The notes beneath the pieces were generated by a model. The model was not told the DNA's origin. It saw only the letters and a program-made list of their open reading frames with translations, and did no database searches. Source: Verrucomicrobiota bacterium (GTDB taxonomy: Bacteria > Verrucomicrobiota > Verrucomicrobiia > Limisphaerales > SXQI01). Taken from it: a DNA stretch of 41,878 bases. The translations under genes were made by a program, and so were the position numbers. The stretch is taken from positions 1-41,878 of the forward strand of contig JANRLX010000053.1 in NCBI GenBank assembly GCA_033762115.1. Reading direction: 5' to 3'. This document shows, in pieces, positions 9,490-19,253 of the stretch. Numbering within the stretch: the first letter of the stretch is position 1; each line of letters opens with the position of its first letter.

Positions 9490-10416
9490 ATGTCAGTATC
9501 CAGGCGCAACAAGGCGCGTCCTCAACATCAACCCTTCGATGTCGGCACTTACATTGCGACGAGCAGCAACTCTGTCAATGGTGCGCTTGATCTTTTTTTG
9601 CCAAAAGCCAAGGAAAAGCCCGCCACAATCCATAAAGCAATGCGTTATTCGCTGTTTGCCGGCGGTAAAAGGATGCGCCCGGCGCTCTGCCTTGCTGCGG
9701 CTGAAGCTTGTGGCGGGGAGGTAAAAAAGGCTCTTCCAATGGCGTGCGCCGTGGAATGTATCCATACCTATTCCCTGATCCATGATGACCTTCCCGCTAT
9801 GGATAATGATGATTTCAGAAGGGGAAAACCGACCAATCACAAAGTTTTTGGAGAGGGGATTGCGGTTCTCGCCGGGGACGCCCTGCTTACCCAGGCCTTT
9901 GAAATTATTGCCCAGGCTGTTCCCACCAGGCGATATAGTATCGCAGATTACGTCCTCGATTTAAGCATGGCATCCGGCTCATTGCAGTTGATCGCCGGGC
10001 AGGTTGCGGATTTGGAGGGGGAGGGGAAACGAATCTCCATTCCCCAATTGCGATACATTCATGAACGAAAAACTTCTGCCTTACTCTGCTGCTCTGTTCG
10101 TCTGGGAGGGATGTCCGCGGATTGCAGCCCAGCTCAATTAACAGCTTTAACGAATTTCGGTTATCATGTCGGGCTCGCCTTCCAGGTAATTGATGACATT
10201 CTGGATGTCACACAAACAAGTGAAAAACTGGGCAAGACTGCGGGTAAAGATGTCGCTGCTCAAAAGGCTACCTATCCTTCGATTGTCGGATTGGACAAAT
10301 CACGAAAAATCGCGGCGGAGCTGACGGAAAAAGCATTCTCCAGCCTGAAAATCTTCAAAGGGAAAGCCACGGCATTGGAAGGATTGGCTGAATTCCTTCT
10401 TAAGCGAGAAAATTAA
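9490..10416 (+). CDS. ispA: Farnesyl/geranylgeranyl diphosphate synthase
   Basis: GGKRMRP, YSLIHDDLPAMDNDDFRRGKPT, FQVIDDILD and GKTAGKD. ATG 9490 is preferred over TTG 9436. Confidence 0.9.
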   Translation: MSVSRRNKARPQHQPFDVGTYIATSSNSVNGALDLFLPKAKEKPATIHKAMRYSLFAGGKRMRPALCLAAAEACGGEVKKALPMACAVECIHTYSLIHDDLPAMDNDDFRRGKPTNHKVFGEGIAVLAGDALLTQAFEIIAQAVPTRRYSIADYVLDLSMASGSLQLIAGQVADLEGEGKRISIPQLRYIHERKTSALLCCSVRLGGMSADCSPAQLTALTNFGYHVGLAFQVIDDILDVTQTSEKLGKTAGKDVAAQKATYPSIVGLDKSRKIAAELTEKAFSSLKIFKGKATALEGLAEFLLKREN

Positions 10417-10435
10417 TAGTTGACTATCTGGTAAA
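10417..10435. promoter_or_regulatory. Putative TetR operator 1 (autoregulatory)
   Basis: TAG-TTGACT-ATCT-GGTAAA, an imperfect palindrome that shares TAGTTGACT with the reverse complement of the 11095-11113 site. Confidence 0.55.
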
Positions 10436-10465
10436 CAAAAGTCAGGCTCTGCCTCAGATTTTGTC

Positions 10466-11077
10466 ATGGGAAGAGTCAGTGATGCCAAAGAGCGGTTAAT
10501 GGAAGCAGTGCTGGAATTGATCTGGCGCGGCTCCTATGGCTCTACCACGATTGACCAGATTTGCGATGCTGCCGGTGTTAAGAAGGGAAGTTTTTACTAT
10601 TTTTTTGAATCCAAGGCTGATTTGGCGGTGGCAGCATTGGATCAGGCGTTTAAACATGAACGGGCCAATCTTGATGCTGTTTTTTCTCCAGTTCGGCCCC
10701 CGATGGAACGCTTTAAAATTTTCTTCGATCATCTTCTCCAGGAACAGCGGGAACTTAAAGAGCGTTACGGTTTTGTATTGGGTTGTCCTCTCTGCACTTT
10801 GGGAACCGAAGTTTCCACTCAGGAAGAGCAATTGCAGAAAAAGGTGCAGGAGATCATGGAGTATCATTTTCTCTACATTGAAAATGCCGTGCGTGATGCG
10901 CATGCCTCCGGCGAAGTTTCAGTGGATGATCCAAAGTCAGCGGCTAAACGATTGTTCACCTATTACGAGGGGTTGTTGATGCAGGCCAGAATCCGAAACG
11001 ACCTGAATGTGTTTAATGACCTCGAGTCAGGAACAGCGTTGATTCTGGGGCTTTCGACGAAGCCTGTCCGGCATTGA
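10466..11077 (+). CDS. TetR/AcrR-family regulator (NemR-like)
   Basis: HTH GSYGSTTIDQICDAAGVKKGSFYYFFESKADL; GCPLC motif in the ligand-binding domain. Confidence 0.92.
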   Translation: MGRVSDAKERLMEAVLELIWRGSYGSTTIDQICDAAGVKKGSFYYFFESKADLAVAALDQAFKHERANLDAVFSPVRPPMERFKIFFDHLLQEQRELKERYGFVLGCPLCTLGTEVSTQEEQLQKKVQEIMEYHFLYIENAVRDAHASGEVSVDDPKSAAKRLFTYYEGLLMQARIRNDLNVFNDLESGTALILGLSTKPVRH

Positions 11078-11094
11078 TTTTTTTTGGTTTAAAT

Positions 11095-11113
11095 TTAACT
11101 AAACAGTCAACTA
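11095..11113. promoter_or_regulatory. Putative TetR operator 2, upstream of the RND adaptor gene
   Basis: TTAACT-AAAC-AGTCAA-CTA, directly before the SD AAGGAG and ATG 11124. Confidence 0.55.
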
Positions 11114-11123
11114 TCAAGGAGAT

Positions 11124-12359
11124 ATGAAAGGAAAAGCGGATTCATCGATCCATTCACAACAGCTTCAACAGCGGGAGTCTCGATGGTTTCCCAAGTTGAT
11201 TGCATTATTGACGGCGCTTTTCGCTTCATTGCTTGCCACGGGTTGCAACCAGAGCAACAACGCCGCAGCGCCTCAGGGACCGCCGCCTCCAGCAGTAACC
11301 GTGGCGGCTGTCCAAAGCGAGCAGGTAATGGAATGGGATGAATTTGTCGGAAGGACAGAAGCCCTTGAAACTGTGGAGATCAGGCCACGCGTTTCGGGCC
11401 ATTTGCAGGAAGTCCGTTTTCAGGCCGGACAAATGGTAAAAGCCGGGGATGTTTTATTTGTGATTGATCAGCGCTGGCACCAGGCAGAGTTCGAACGAGC
11501 CAAAGCAGAGTTCGAACGGGCAAAGGTCCGCGCCGAAATTGCCGAACGAGAGCATAGCCGTGCCAAACAACTGCTGGGCACAAAAGCCATTTCAATTGAA
11601 GAGGCGGATGCGCGTAATGCTCGCCTTGGCGAAGCCCAGGCTGCGTTAATGGCTGCCAAGGCAGCAATGGCTTCAGCCCAACTCGACCTCGAGTTTACGG
11701 AAGTGAAAGCACCGATCTCGGGAAGAATTTCGAGGGCATTGTTGACTCCAGGTAATTATGTGAGCGGGGTGGCCGGATTTACGACCGTTCTTGCCACAGT
11801 GGTCACCATTGATCCGATCTATGTTTACTCTGACGTGGATGAAGCCACTCTGCTGAAATTTAACCGCCTGGTTGAAGAAAAACAGTTGGCAAAATCAAGC
11901 GACGGCAAAATCGCGGTTGAAATGCAATTGGGAGATGAGGGTGGGTTTAACATCCGGGGGCATATTGAATCGTTCGACAATCGTGTGGAGGCTGCAACAG
12001 GGAGTATCTTGTTGCGCACCATTTTTCCGAACCCGGATGGTCGGATTGTCCCAGGGCTCTTTGCCCGGGTGCGTGTTCCGGGGAGTGGAAAATATGAAGC
12101 TGTGGTTATTGATGAAAAGGCAATCGGCACAGATCAAAGTCAAAAGTTTGTCCTGACATTGACGAGTTCCAACACTGTGGCTTACCGCCCCGTTAAATTA
12201 GGAAGAGCCATCAACGGGAAACGAATCGTCAAGGAGGGGCTAAAAACCGGCGAAACCATTGTGGTCAACGGTATTGCCCGTGTGCGGCCTGGGATGCCAG
12301 TGGTTCCCCAGACAGCCACCAATACCGCAGAAAAAGCTGTGGCTGCTGCGTTGCAGTGA
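11124..12359 (+). CDS. RND efflux periplasmic adaptor (MexE/OqxA-like lipoprotein)
   Basis: Lipobox-like LATGC; EWDEFVGR, VEIRPRVSG, APISGRISR, PGLFARVR and IGTDQ. Confidence 0.92.
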   Translation: MKGKADSSIHSQQLQQRESRWFPKLIALLTALFASLLATGCNQSNNAAAPQGPPPPAVTVAAVQSEQVMEWDEFVGRTEALETVEIRPRVSGHLQEVRFQAGQMVKAGDVLFVIDQRWHQAEFERAKAEFERAKVRAEIAEREHSRAKQLLGTKAISIEEADARNARLGEAQAALMAAKAAMASAQLDLEFTEVKAPISGRISRALLTPGNYVSGVAGFTTVLATVVTIDPIYVYSDVDEATLLKFNRLVEEKQLAKSSDGKIAVEMQLGDEGGFNIRGHIESFDNRVEAATGSILLRTIFPNPDGRIVPGLFARVRVPGSGKYEAVVIDEKAIGTDQSQKFVLTLTSSNTVAYRPVKLGRAINGKRIVKEGLKTGETIVVNGIARVRPGMPVVPQTATNTAEKAVAAALQ

Positions 12360-12381
12360 GGTTGATTAGAAGGAACCGATC

Positions 12382-15300
12382 ATGAATTTTTCTCATTTTT
12401 TCATTCAACGACCGATCTTTGCCGGGGTGTTGTCGCTATTGATATTTTTGATTGGTGCGATTTCACTCACACAGCTTCCAGTCAGTGAGTATCCGGAAAT
12501 TGTTCCGCCCACGGTTGTGGTTCGCGCGGTTTACCCTGGCGCAAATCCAAAGACCATCGCTGAAACTGTCGCCGCGCCTCTTGAACAACAGATCAACGGC
12601 ATTGAGAACAGTTTGTACATTTCTTCCCAGTCCACCGCCGACGGTGTCATGACATTGACTGTCACCTTCAAGCTCGGGACAGATGTGGATAATGCGCAGG
12701 TCCAAGTACAAAATCGTGTATCACAGGCATTGCCGAAATTACCTGAGGAAGTGCGACGGCTGGGTGTGACCACTCTAAAGGCTTCGCCGGACCTGACGAT
12801 GGTCGTCCATCTGTTTTCCCCGGATGATCGTTATGACATGGTTTACCTGCGGAACTATGCAACTCTCCAGATCAAGGATGAGCTGGCCCGCATCCCTGGG
12901 GTCGGGCAAGTTCAGATTTTCGGCTCTGGAGATTATTCCATGCGTGTTTGGCTGGACCCGAACAAAATTGCGGCCAAGGGAATGACTGCGTCCGATGTGG
13001 TGAATGCAATCCGGGAGCAGAACATTCAGGTGGCCGCTGGTTCTGTCGGCCAGCAGCCCCTGGGAGATCCGGTTTCCTTTGAAATGAGCATCAACACCAA
13101 AGGCCGTTTGGTGACTGAGGAAGAGTTCGAAAATATTATCATCAAAACGGGTAAAAGTGGGGAGACCACATTACTCAAGGATGTTGCACGAATTGAGCTT
13201 GGCGCTGCTGAATATTCGCTCCGCAGTTTATTAAACAATCGTCTTGCTGCCGCCATTCCAATTTTTCAGGCGCCCGGTTCCAACGCCATCGAATTGTCTA
13301 CCAATGTGCGGAATAAGATGAAGGAACTGAAAAAGAAATTTCCCGCCGGAGTGGATTACAGTGTTGTCTATGACCCAACCGTTTTCGTGCGCGATTCCAT
13401 CAAGGCAGTTGTGGTGACATTGCTCGAAGCGATTCTGCTCGTGGTTCTCGTCGTGGTCTTGTTCCTTCAAACATGGCGCGCTTCGATCATTCCGCTGGCT
13501 GCCGTCCCTGTTTCGCTTGTGGGGACCTTTGCCATCATGCAGGCACTCGGATTTTCAATCAACGCCCTGTCACTGTTCGGATTGGTCCTCGCAATCGGCA
13601 TTGTGGTTGATGATGCCATCGTTGTGGTTGAGAACGTGGAACGAAACATTGCCCTGGGTCATGCGCCGCTCGAAGCGACCAGGCGAGCGATGAATGAGGT
13701 GAGCGGTCCAATCATCGCGACTGCACTCGTCCTTTGCGCTGTGTTTATTCCGACTGCATTCATCAAGGGCCTAAGCGGACAATTTTATAAACAGTTCGCT
13801 ATTACCATCGCCATCTCAACGGTGATCTCCGCTTTCAACTCTTTAACGCTGAGCCCGGCATTGGCTGCGGTGCTTTTGAAACCGCATGGGGCAAAGAAGG
13901 ATGCCTTTTCCCGTTTGCTTGATAAAGCGTTGGGATGGTTGTTCCGTCCATTCAACCGGTTCTTTGACTGGTCTGCCAACAAGTATGTGAATGGAGTGGG
14001 GAAGGTCGTGCGAAAGAGCGCGATTGCACTTGTCATCTATGCTGGTTTGATCTTCGTGACATGGAAAGGCTTTGAGGCTGTCCCTACCGGATTTGTTCCC
14101 TCACAGGACAAGCAATATCTGGTGGCGTTTGCTCAATTGCCAGACGCTGCCTCCCTCGAGCGAACAGATGCTGTCATGCGGCAGATGAGTGACATCGCGC
14201 TCAAATATCCAGGAGTTGCTGATGCCATTGCCTTTCCAGGACTTTCAATTAGTGGGTTCAGCGTCAGTCCGAATTCCGGAATTGTTTTCGTGGGGTTGAA
14301 GCCGTTTGAGGAGCGGAAAGGGAAAGATCAAAGTGGATTTGCCATTGCAGGTGCGCTGAATCAGCAATTCTCTTCAATCCAGGATGCTTTCATTGCCATT
14401 TTCCCACCACCCGCAGTCAACGGGTTAGGCACAATTGGCGGATTCAAATTGCAAGTCGAAGATCGCGCTGATCTCGGTTACGAAGCGTTATATGCCGCGA
14501 CGCAGGAATTGATTGGCAAAGGCTATCAAACGCCTGGTCTGGCCGGGCTGTTCTCAAGTTACCAGGTCAATGTGCCCCAGTTGGAGGCGGATGTGGACCG
14601 GTTGAAGGCGAAATCGCAAGGGATTCCGCTGGGGAATGTATTTGAAACAATGCAGATTTATCTCGGCTCACTCTATGTCAACGATTTCAATCGGTTTGGT
14701 CGCACCTATCAGGTTATTGCCCAGGCGGATGCTAATTTCCGGGACCAGGCTGATGATATTGAGCGGTTAAAAACCCGAAATTCAGAGGGAGAAATGGTGC
14801 CGCTCGGTGCTGTGGTGAAAGTCAGGGAAAGCTACGGTCCTGACCGGGTCATGAGGTATAACGGTTATCCTGCAGCGGACGTTAATGGCGGTCCCGCACC
14901 TGGCTTTAGTTCCGGTCAGGCAGAGGCGATCATGGCAAAGCTCGCCCGTGAAACGTTGCCTCAAGGTATGGAATTCGAATGGACTGACCTGACTTTCCAA
15001 AAGATTCTCGCAGGAAATACTGCCGTTATTATTTTCCCGCTCTGCATTGTGTTGGTGTTCCTGGTGCTGGCGGCGCAATATGAAAGTCTCCGATTGCCAC
15101 TGGCGATTATCCTGATTGTCCCAATGTGTCTCCTCTGCGCCATCATTGGGGTGTGGCTGACCAAAGGGGACAACAATATCTTCACTCAAATTGGATTGAT
15201 TGTGCTTGTTGGTCTCGCCTGCAAAAACGCGATCCTGATCGTGGAGTTCGCAAAGGAAAAACAAGCTGAAGGGTTGCCCCCGCTGGAAGCCGCACTTGAA

Positions 15301-15573
15301 GCGTGCCGCCTTCGTTTACGCCCCATCCTGATGACATCAATTGCATTTATTGCGGGCGTATGGCCGCTGGTAGTATCCACGGGCGCTGGATCAGAGATGC
15401 GGCGGGCAATGGGTGTGGCGGTCTTTAGTGGAATGATCGGGGTGACCCTATTCGGCCTCTTCCTGACACCAGTATTTTATGTGGTGCTCATGAAACTGGG
15501 GTTGAAGAAAAATTCGGTGGAGAAACGAACTGAAGGGACTGAACCGCCCACTGCTGCAACAGCACATGCTTAA
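12382..15573 (+). CDS. RND efflux permease, HAE1 family (MexF/OqxB-like)
   Basis: FFIQRPIFAGVLS, GIVVDDAIVVVENVER, GLACKNAILIVEFA and RLRPILMTS; 1063 aa. Confidence 0.95.
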   Translation: MNFSHFFIQRPIFAGVLSLLIFLIGAISLTQLPVSEYPEIVPPTVVVRAVYPGANPKTIAETVAAPLEQQINGIENSLYISSQSTADGVMTLTVTFKLGTDVDNAQVQVQNRVSQALPKLPEEVRRLGVTTLKASPDLTMVVHLFSPDDRYDMVYLRNYATLQIKDELARIPGVGQVQIFGSGDYSMRVWLDPNKIAAKGMTASDVVNAIREQNIQVAAGSVGQQPLGDPVSFEMSINTKGRLVTEEEFENIIIKTGKSGETTLLKDVARIELGAAEYSLRSLLNNRLAAAIPIFQAPGSNAIELSTNVRNKMKELKKKFPAGVDYSVVYDPTVFVRDSIKAVVVTLLEAILLVVLVVVLFLQTWRASIIPLAAVPVSLVGTFAIMQALGFSINALSLFGLVLAIGIVVDDAIVVVENVERNIALGHAPLEATRRAMNEVSGPIIATALVLCAVFIPTAFIKGLSGQFYKQFAITIAISTVISAFNSLTLSPALAAVLLKPHGAKKDAFSRLLDKALGWLFRPFNRFFDWSANKYVNGVGKVVRKSAIALVIYAGLIFVTWKGFEAVPTGFVPSQDKQYLVAFAQLPDAASLERTDAVMRQMSDIALKYPGVADAIAFPGLSISGFSVSPNSGIVFVGLKPFEERKGKDQSGFAIAGALNQQFSSIQDAFIAIFPPPAVNGLGTIGGFKLQVEDRADLGYEALYAATQELIGKGYQTPGLAGLFSSYQVNVPQLEADVDRLKAKSQGIPLGNVFETMQIYLGSLYVNDFNRFGRTYQVIAQADANFRDQADDIERLKTRNSEGEMVPLGAVVKVRESYGPDRVMRYNGYPAADVNGGPAPGFSSGQAEAIMAKLARETLPQGMEFEWTDLTFQKILAGNTAVIIFPLCIVLVFLVLAAQYESLRLPLAIILIVPMCLLCAIIGVWLTKGDNNIFTQIGLIVLVGLACKNAILIVEFAKEKQAEGLPPLEAALEACRLRLRPILMTSIAFIAGVWPLVVSTGAGSEMRRAMGVAVFSGMIGVTLFGLFLTPVFYVVLMKLGLKKNSVEKRTEGTEPPTAATAHA

Positions 15574-15582
15574 GGGAATGCG

Positions 15583-17013
15583 ATGAAAAAATTCTGTTTC
15601 ATACTGGCTGCAACTGGAAGCTTGCAACTCATGGCGGCAATCGGCCCGGATTACGTGCCACCCACTATCGTTGCCCCAGCCCATTATAAAGGCACCAACG
15701 ACTCGACATGGAAAGTTGCGGAACCAAAGACACTCGATAACACGGAATGGTGGAGAATGTTTGAGGATCCCATCCTGGATCATTTGCTGGCCCAGGCTGA
15801 AAGCCAGAGTCCTACTTTGAAGGCCGCTCTTGCGAGAGTGGACCAGGCACGCGCAACGGCAAGGATCGCGCGCAGCTATTGGTTCCCTGACTTAACAATC
15901 AATCCTTCAGCTTCGCGGCAACGGACTTCACCCAACATCGATATCCCGTTCCCTGCCAATGGTGCCAGCTTCACTGGGAATAACTTTAATGTTCCGCTGG
16001 ATCTCAGCTATGAACTCGATATCTGGGGAAGAGTACGTCGCGGATTTGAGAGCGTCCGTGCGGAAGCAGAGGCGTCAGTCGCAGGATATGAAACGGTCCG
16101 GCTGACCTTGCGCTCAGATATTGCGATTAATTATTTCGGTTTGAGAGCACTTGATCTGGAACGACAGACTGTCAGGGACACTGTGCAACTCCGCAGGGAA
16201 GCGCTGGATCTCATCCGCAGGCGAGTTGAAGATGGTTTTAGCAATGAACTGGACCTGGCAAGAGCGGAAACCGAACTTGCCACAACTGAGGCTGAACTGG
16301 CTGCGATCAATCAGCGACGAGCTGAACTTGAAAACGCAATTGCAGTTTTGATTGGAGCAAACCCATCAGAGTTTCGTCTTGGAGAGGCTCAGAATATCCT
16401 TGTAAAGACACCGGAAATTCCATCTGGCCTGCCTTCAGATTTGCTCGAGCGCAGGCCGGACATTGCACAAGCCGAGCGTTTGATTGCGGCGGCGAGCGCG
16501 CGCATCGGTGTAGCGAAGGCGGCATATTTTCCTGTCGTGAGATTGACCGGATCCGGGGGTTTTGTGAGTGGAGATATAGAAACGTTGTTTAATTGGGACA
16601 GTCGCACCTGGGCGATCGGGCCAAGCATCTCAATTCCTCTCTTCGCAGGTGGGCGGAACACCGCCAACCTGCGGCGGGCCAAATCCCGTTTTGAAGAAAG
16701 CATTCAAGTGTACCGTGAACAGGTGCTGGTTGCTTTTCGTGAGGTTGAAAACGCTCTCTCCGGCATTCAATTTCTTGTTGAACGTGCGGAGGCCACTGAA
16801 CGCGCAGCAAAATATTCCAGCCAGGGAGCTGAGCTGGCAAGAACCCGATTTGATGCTGGCTTTGTCAGCTACCTGGAAGTTGTGGACGCCGAGCGCATTG
16901 CTCTGGCATCGCGCAGGGCGCTGGCACAGGTGCAAGGCCAAAGGCAAATAGCCGTGGTTCAACTCGTCAAGGCACTTGGTGGCGGATGGCAGCGGCCCGA
17001 TTCCAGACCTTGA
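15583..17013 (+). CDS. RND outer-membrane factor (NodT/OprM family)
   Basis: IGPDY, SYELDIWGRVRR, GLPSDLLERRPDIAQAER and LVKALGGGW. Confidence 0.93.
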   Translation: MKKFCFILAATGSLQLMAAIGPDYVPPTIVAPAHYKGTNDSTWKVAEPKTLDNTEWWRMFEDPILDHLLAQAESQSPTLKAALARVDQARATARIARSYWFPDLTINPSASRQRTSPNIDIPFPANGASFTGNNFNVPLDLSYELDIWGRVRRGFESVRAEAEASVAGYETVRLTLRSDIAINYFGLRALDLERQTVRDTVQLRREALDLIRRRVEDGFSNELDLARAETELATTEAELAAINQRRAELENAIAVLIGANPSEFRLGEAQNILVKTPEIPSGLPSDLLERRPDIAQAERLIAAASARIGVAKAAYFPVVRLTGSGGFVSGDIETLFNWDSRTWAIGPSISIPLFAGGRNTANLRRAKSRFEESIQVYREQVLVAFREVENALSGIQFLVERAEATERAAKYSSQGAELARTRFDAGFVSYLEVVDAERIALASRRALAQVQGQRQIAVVQLVKALGGGWQRPDSRP

Positions 17014-17018
17014 ATCAT

Positions 17019-17046
17019 TTGACGGGCTGACGCTGTGAAATAAACT
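17019..17046 (+). promoter_or_regulatory. Putative sigma70 promoter of purKE (probably leaderless)
   Basis: TTGACG-16 nt-TAAACT, ending 5 nt before GTG 17052; no SD. Confidence 0.55.
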
Positions 17047-17051
17047 GCGGC

Positions 17052-18209
17052 GTGTCTGAAACGTCAAAACGGCCGTCCCTCGGCATTATTGGTGGGGGGC
17101 AGCTTGCTAAAATGTTGGGTACGGCAGCAATTCGCCTTGGCTGCCGAGTGGCCATCCTGAGTGACTCAGCCGACTGTCCTGCCAAAGGAAGTTGCTCTGA
17201 ATTACTCGTGGGTTCGAGTGCATCTTTGGATTCACTGAAGAAATTGGCAGGTTCAGTGGATGTGCTGACACTTGAAAACGAGTTCGTCGATTCTGAGCTT
17301 CTGCGCGCACTGGAAGGGGAGGGGACACTTGTGTTTCCAACCGCTCAAAGTATCGCGCTAGTGCAAGACAAGCTTTTGCAAAAACGTGTTCTTGCCGAGC
17401 ACAGCCTTCCGGTTCCTGAGTTCGAGCCGCTTGATGATTTTTCCGCAATGAAGGAGATTGGCCAGCGGTTCGGTTATCCGTTTCTCCTCAAAAAACGTCG
17501 CAATGGCTATGATGGTAAAGGCAATTTTACCGTTCGTTCGCAGGAGGACATTTCAAAGGCATGGAAAGCCCTCAATGGCGACCAGAATGGGCTTTATGCC
17601 GAGCGCTTTTTTCCGTTCAACTCGGAACTGGCCATTATGATCAGTCGCTCCAAAGAAGGAACGGAAGTGGCCTATCCGGTCGTCGAAACAATCCAGAAGG
17701 AACACATTTGCCATATTGTCAAAGCTCCAGCCCAATTTCCCCGATCCATTCTGGAAGAAGCGACCAGTTTGGCACGCCAGGCAGTGCGAGCTTTTAATGG
17801 TATTGGAAGCTTTGGAGTCGAGATGTTCCTTGGTCCGGAAGGAAACATTGTCATCAACGAGATGGCACCGCGGGTGCATAATTCCGGCCATTACACCATC
17901 GAGGCGTGCGAATGTTCACAATTTGAAAATCATATTCGGGCGGTCCTTGGCTGGCCTTTGGGCAGTTCCGCAATGCTTGCGGAAGGCGCTGCCATGGTCA
18001 ACCTGCTTGGTGCTGGAGATGGGACTGGCTGGCCACAGGGAATTGAGAAAGCGCTCGGCATTCCGGGTGCTTTTGTGCATCTATATGGGAAAGAAAAGAG
18101 CAGTGTTGCGCGAAAGATGGGACATGTTACCGCACTGGGATCGAATGTTGGAAAGGCATTGCAGAAAGCGGAACGCGCCGCAAACGCTCTCCAGTTTGGA
18201 AACGTATGA
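17052..18209 (+). CDS. purK: N5-carboxyaminoimidazole ribonucleotide synthase
   Basis: GIIGGGQL, GYDGKG, NEMAPRVHNSGHYTI, SQFENH and HLYGK...RKMGHV. Confidence 0.95.
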   Translation: MSETSKRPSLGIIGGGQLAKMLGTAAIRLGCRVAILSDSADCPAKGSCSELLVGSSASLDSLKKLAGSVDVLTLENEFVDSELLRALEGEGTLVFPTAQSIALVQDKLLQKRVLAEHSLPVPEFEPLDDFSAMKEIGQRFGYPFLLKKRRNGYDGKGNFTVRSQEDISKAWKALNGDQNGLYAERFFPFNSELAIMISRSKEGTEVAYPVVETIQKEHICHIVKAPAQFPRSILEEATSLARQAVRAFNGIGSFGVEMFLGPEGNIVINEMAPRVHNSGHYTIEACECSQFENHIRAVLGWPLGSSAMLAEGAAMVNLLGAGDGTGWPQGIEKALGIPGAFVHLYGKEKSSVARKMGHVTALGSNVGKALQKAERAANALQFGNV

Positions 18210-18700
18210 TGACACAAAATAGCGGTAAGGAATTGGTGGCGATTGTCATGGGCAGTGATTCCGACTGGCCCACCATGCAAGCCGCCGCCGAGATATGCCG
18301 TGAATTTGGCGTTTCTCACCACACCCAGGTTTTATCCGCGCATCGCACTCCCCTGGATATGATCCAATTCGGGGAGAATGCGCATCAGAAAGGATTCCGG
18401 GTGATTATTGCCGGGGCAGGAGGGGCCGCCCATCTTCCGGGGATGCTCGCAAGTGTCAGTCCGCTGCCGGTGATTGGGGTGCCAATTCAATCAAAAGCGT
18501 TAAATGGGATGGATTCATTGCTTTCAATTGCGCAAATGCCAAGTGGAGTGCCCGTTGCAACTGTTGCTATTGGCGGCGGAAAAAATGCCGGGTTGCTGGC
18601 CATTCAGATCCTTGCAACCGCTGATCCCAGCCTCCTTCAAAAACTGGTAGAATATAAAAAAAATCTGGCGATGGAATCCCGGCAAAAGAGCCTTGGCTAA
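18206..18700 (+). CDS. purE: N5-CAIR mutase
   Basis: MGSDSD, SAHRTP, IAGAGGAAHLPGM and QMPSGVPVATVAI; ATGA overlap with purK. Confidence 0.96.
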   Translation: MMTQNSGKELVAIVMGSDSDWPTMQAAAEICREFGVSHHTQVLSAHRTPLDMIQFGENAHQKGFRVIIAGAGGAAHLPGMLASVSPLPVIGVPIQSKALNGMDSLLSIAQMPSGVPVATVAIGGGKNAGLLAIQILATADPSLLQKLVEYKKNLAMESRQKSLG

Positions 18701-18708
18701 CGGTTTGC

Positions 18709-19194
18709 TCAGTCCCGGAAATTCTGAAAATTCAGGGAAACTGGGAAATCATGGGATTTAACCGAAGCAATGACACCCTGAAGATCGTCCCGGCTCTTGC
18801 CCGTCACCCGAACCTGGTCACCGAGAATTTGGGTGGTGACTTTGGCTTTTGATTCCCGAATAAACGTGGTGATTTGCTTTGCGACCGGGGCTTCGATTCC
18901 CTGTTTGATTTTGATGACCTGCCGACTGTGCCCAAGCGGAGAAATCTCAGGGTCCAGCTTCTCGACATTTTTAAGACTGATATTTCTTTTGGCCAATTTT
19001 CCAATAACGATTTCCTGCAATGCCTTTAATTTGAACTGATCTTCCGCAGAGAGCTTGATTTCATTTTTCTCGAGAATGATCTCTGCTTTTGACCCTTTGA
19101 AATCAAACCGATTCTGAAGTTCCTTTTGCGCCTGGTTGACCGCGTTTTCGATCTCCATCGAGTTCACTTCAGATACAATATCGAATGAAGGCAT
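18709..19194 (-). CDS. yajQ: YajQ-family nucleotide/c-di-GMP-binding protein
   Basis: MPSFDIVSEV, NAVNQA, RFDFKGS, RVTGKSRDDLQ and FQNFRD; SD AGGAGG. Confidence 0.95.
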   Translation of the reverse strand: MPSFDIVSEVNSMEIENAVNQAQKELQNRFDFKGSKAEIILEKNEIKLSAEDQFKLKALQEIVIGKLAKRNISLKNVEKLDPEISPLGHSRQVIKIKQGIEAPVAKQITTFIRESKAKVTTQILGDQVRVTGKSRDDLQGVIASVKSHDFPVSLNFQNFRD

Positions 19195-19208
19195 GGTGTT
19201 CCTCCTAT

Positions 19209-19235
19209 AAAAAAGGACACCAAACGGTGTCCTTT
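19209..19235 (-). terminator. Intrinsic terminator of the atp operon
   Basis: Perfect stem AAAGGACACC-AAAC-GGTGTCCTTT with a U-tract on the minus strand, downstream of atpC. Confidence 0.8.
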
Positions 19236-19253
19236 CATTATTTGTTTATAGTC

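Noticed and set aside
11049..11085. Weak hairpins plus a T-run at the end of tetR
   Set aside because: The stems are too short or too far from the T-run for a confident terminator, and the downstream operon is co-oriented.
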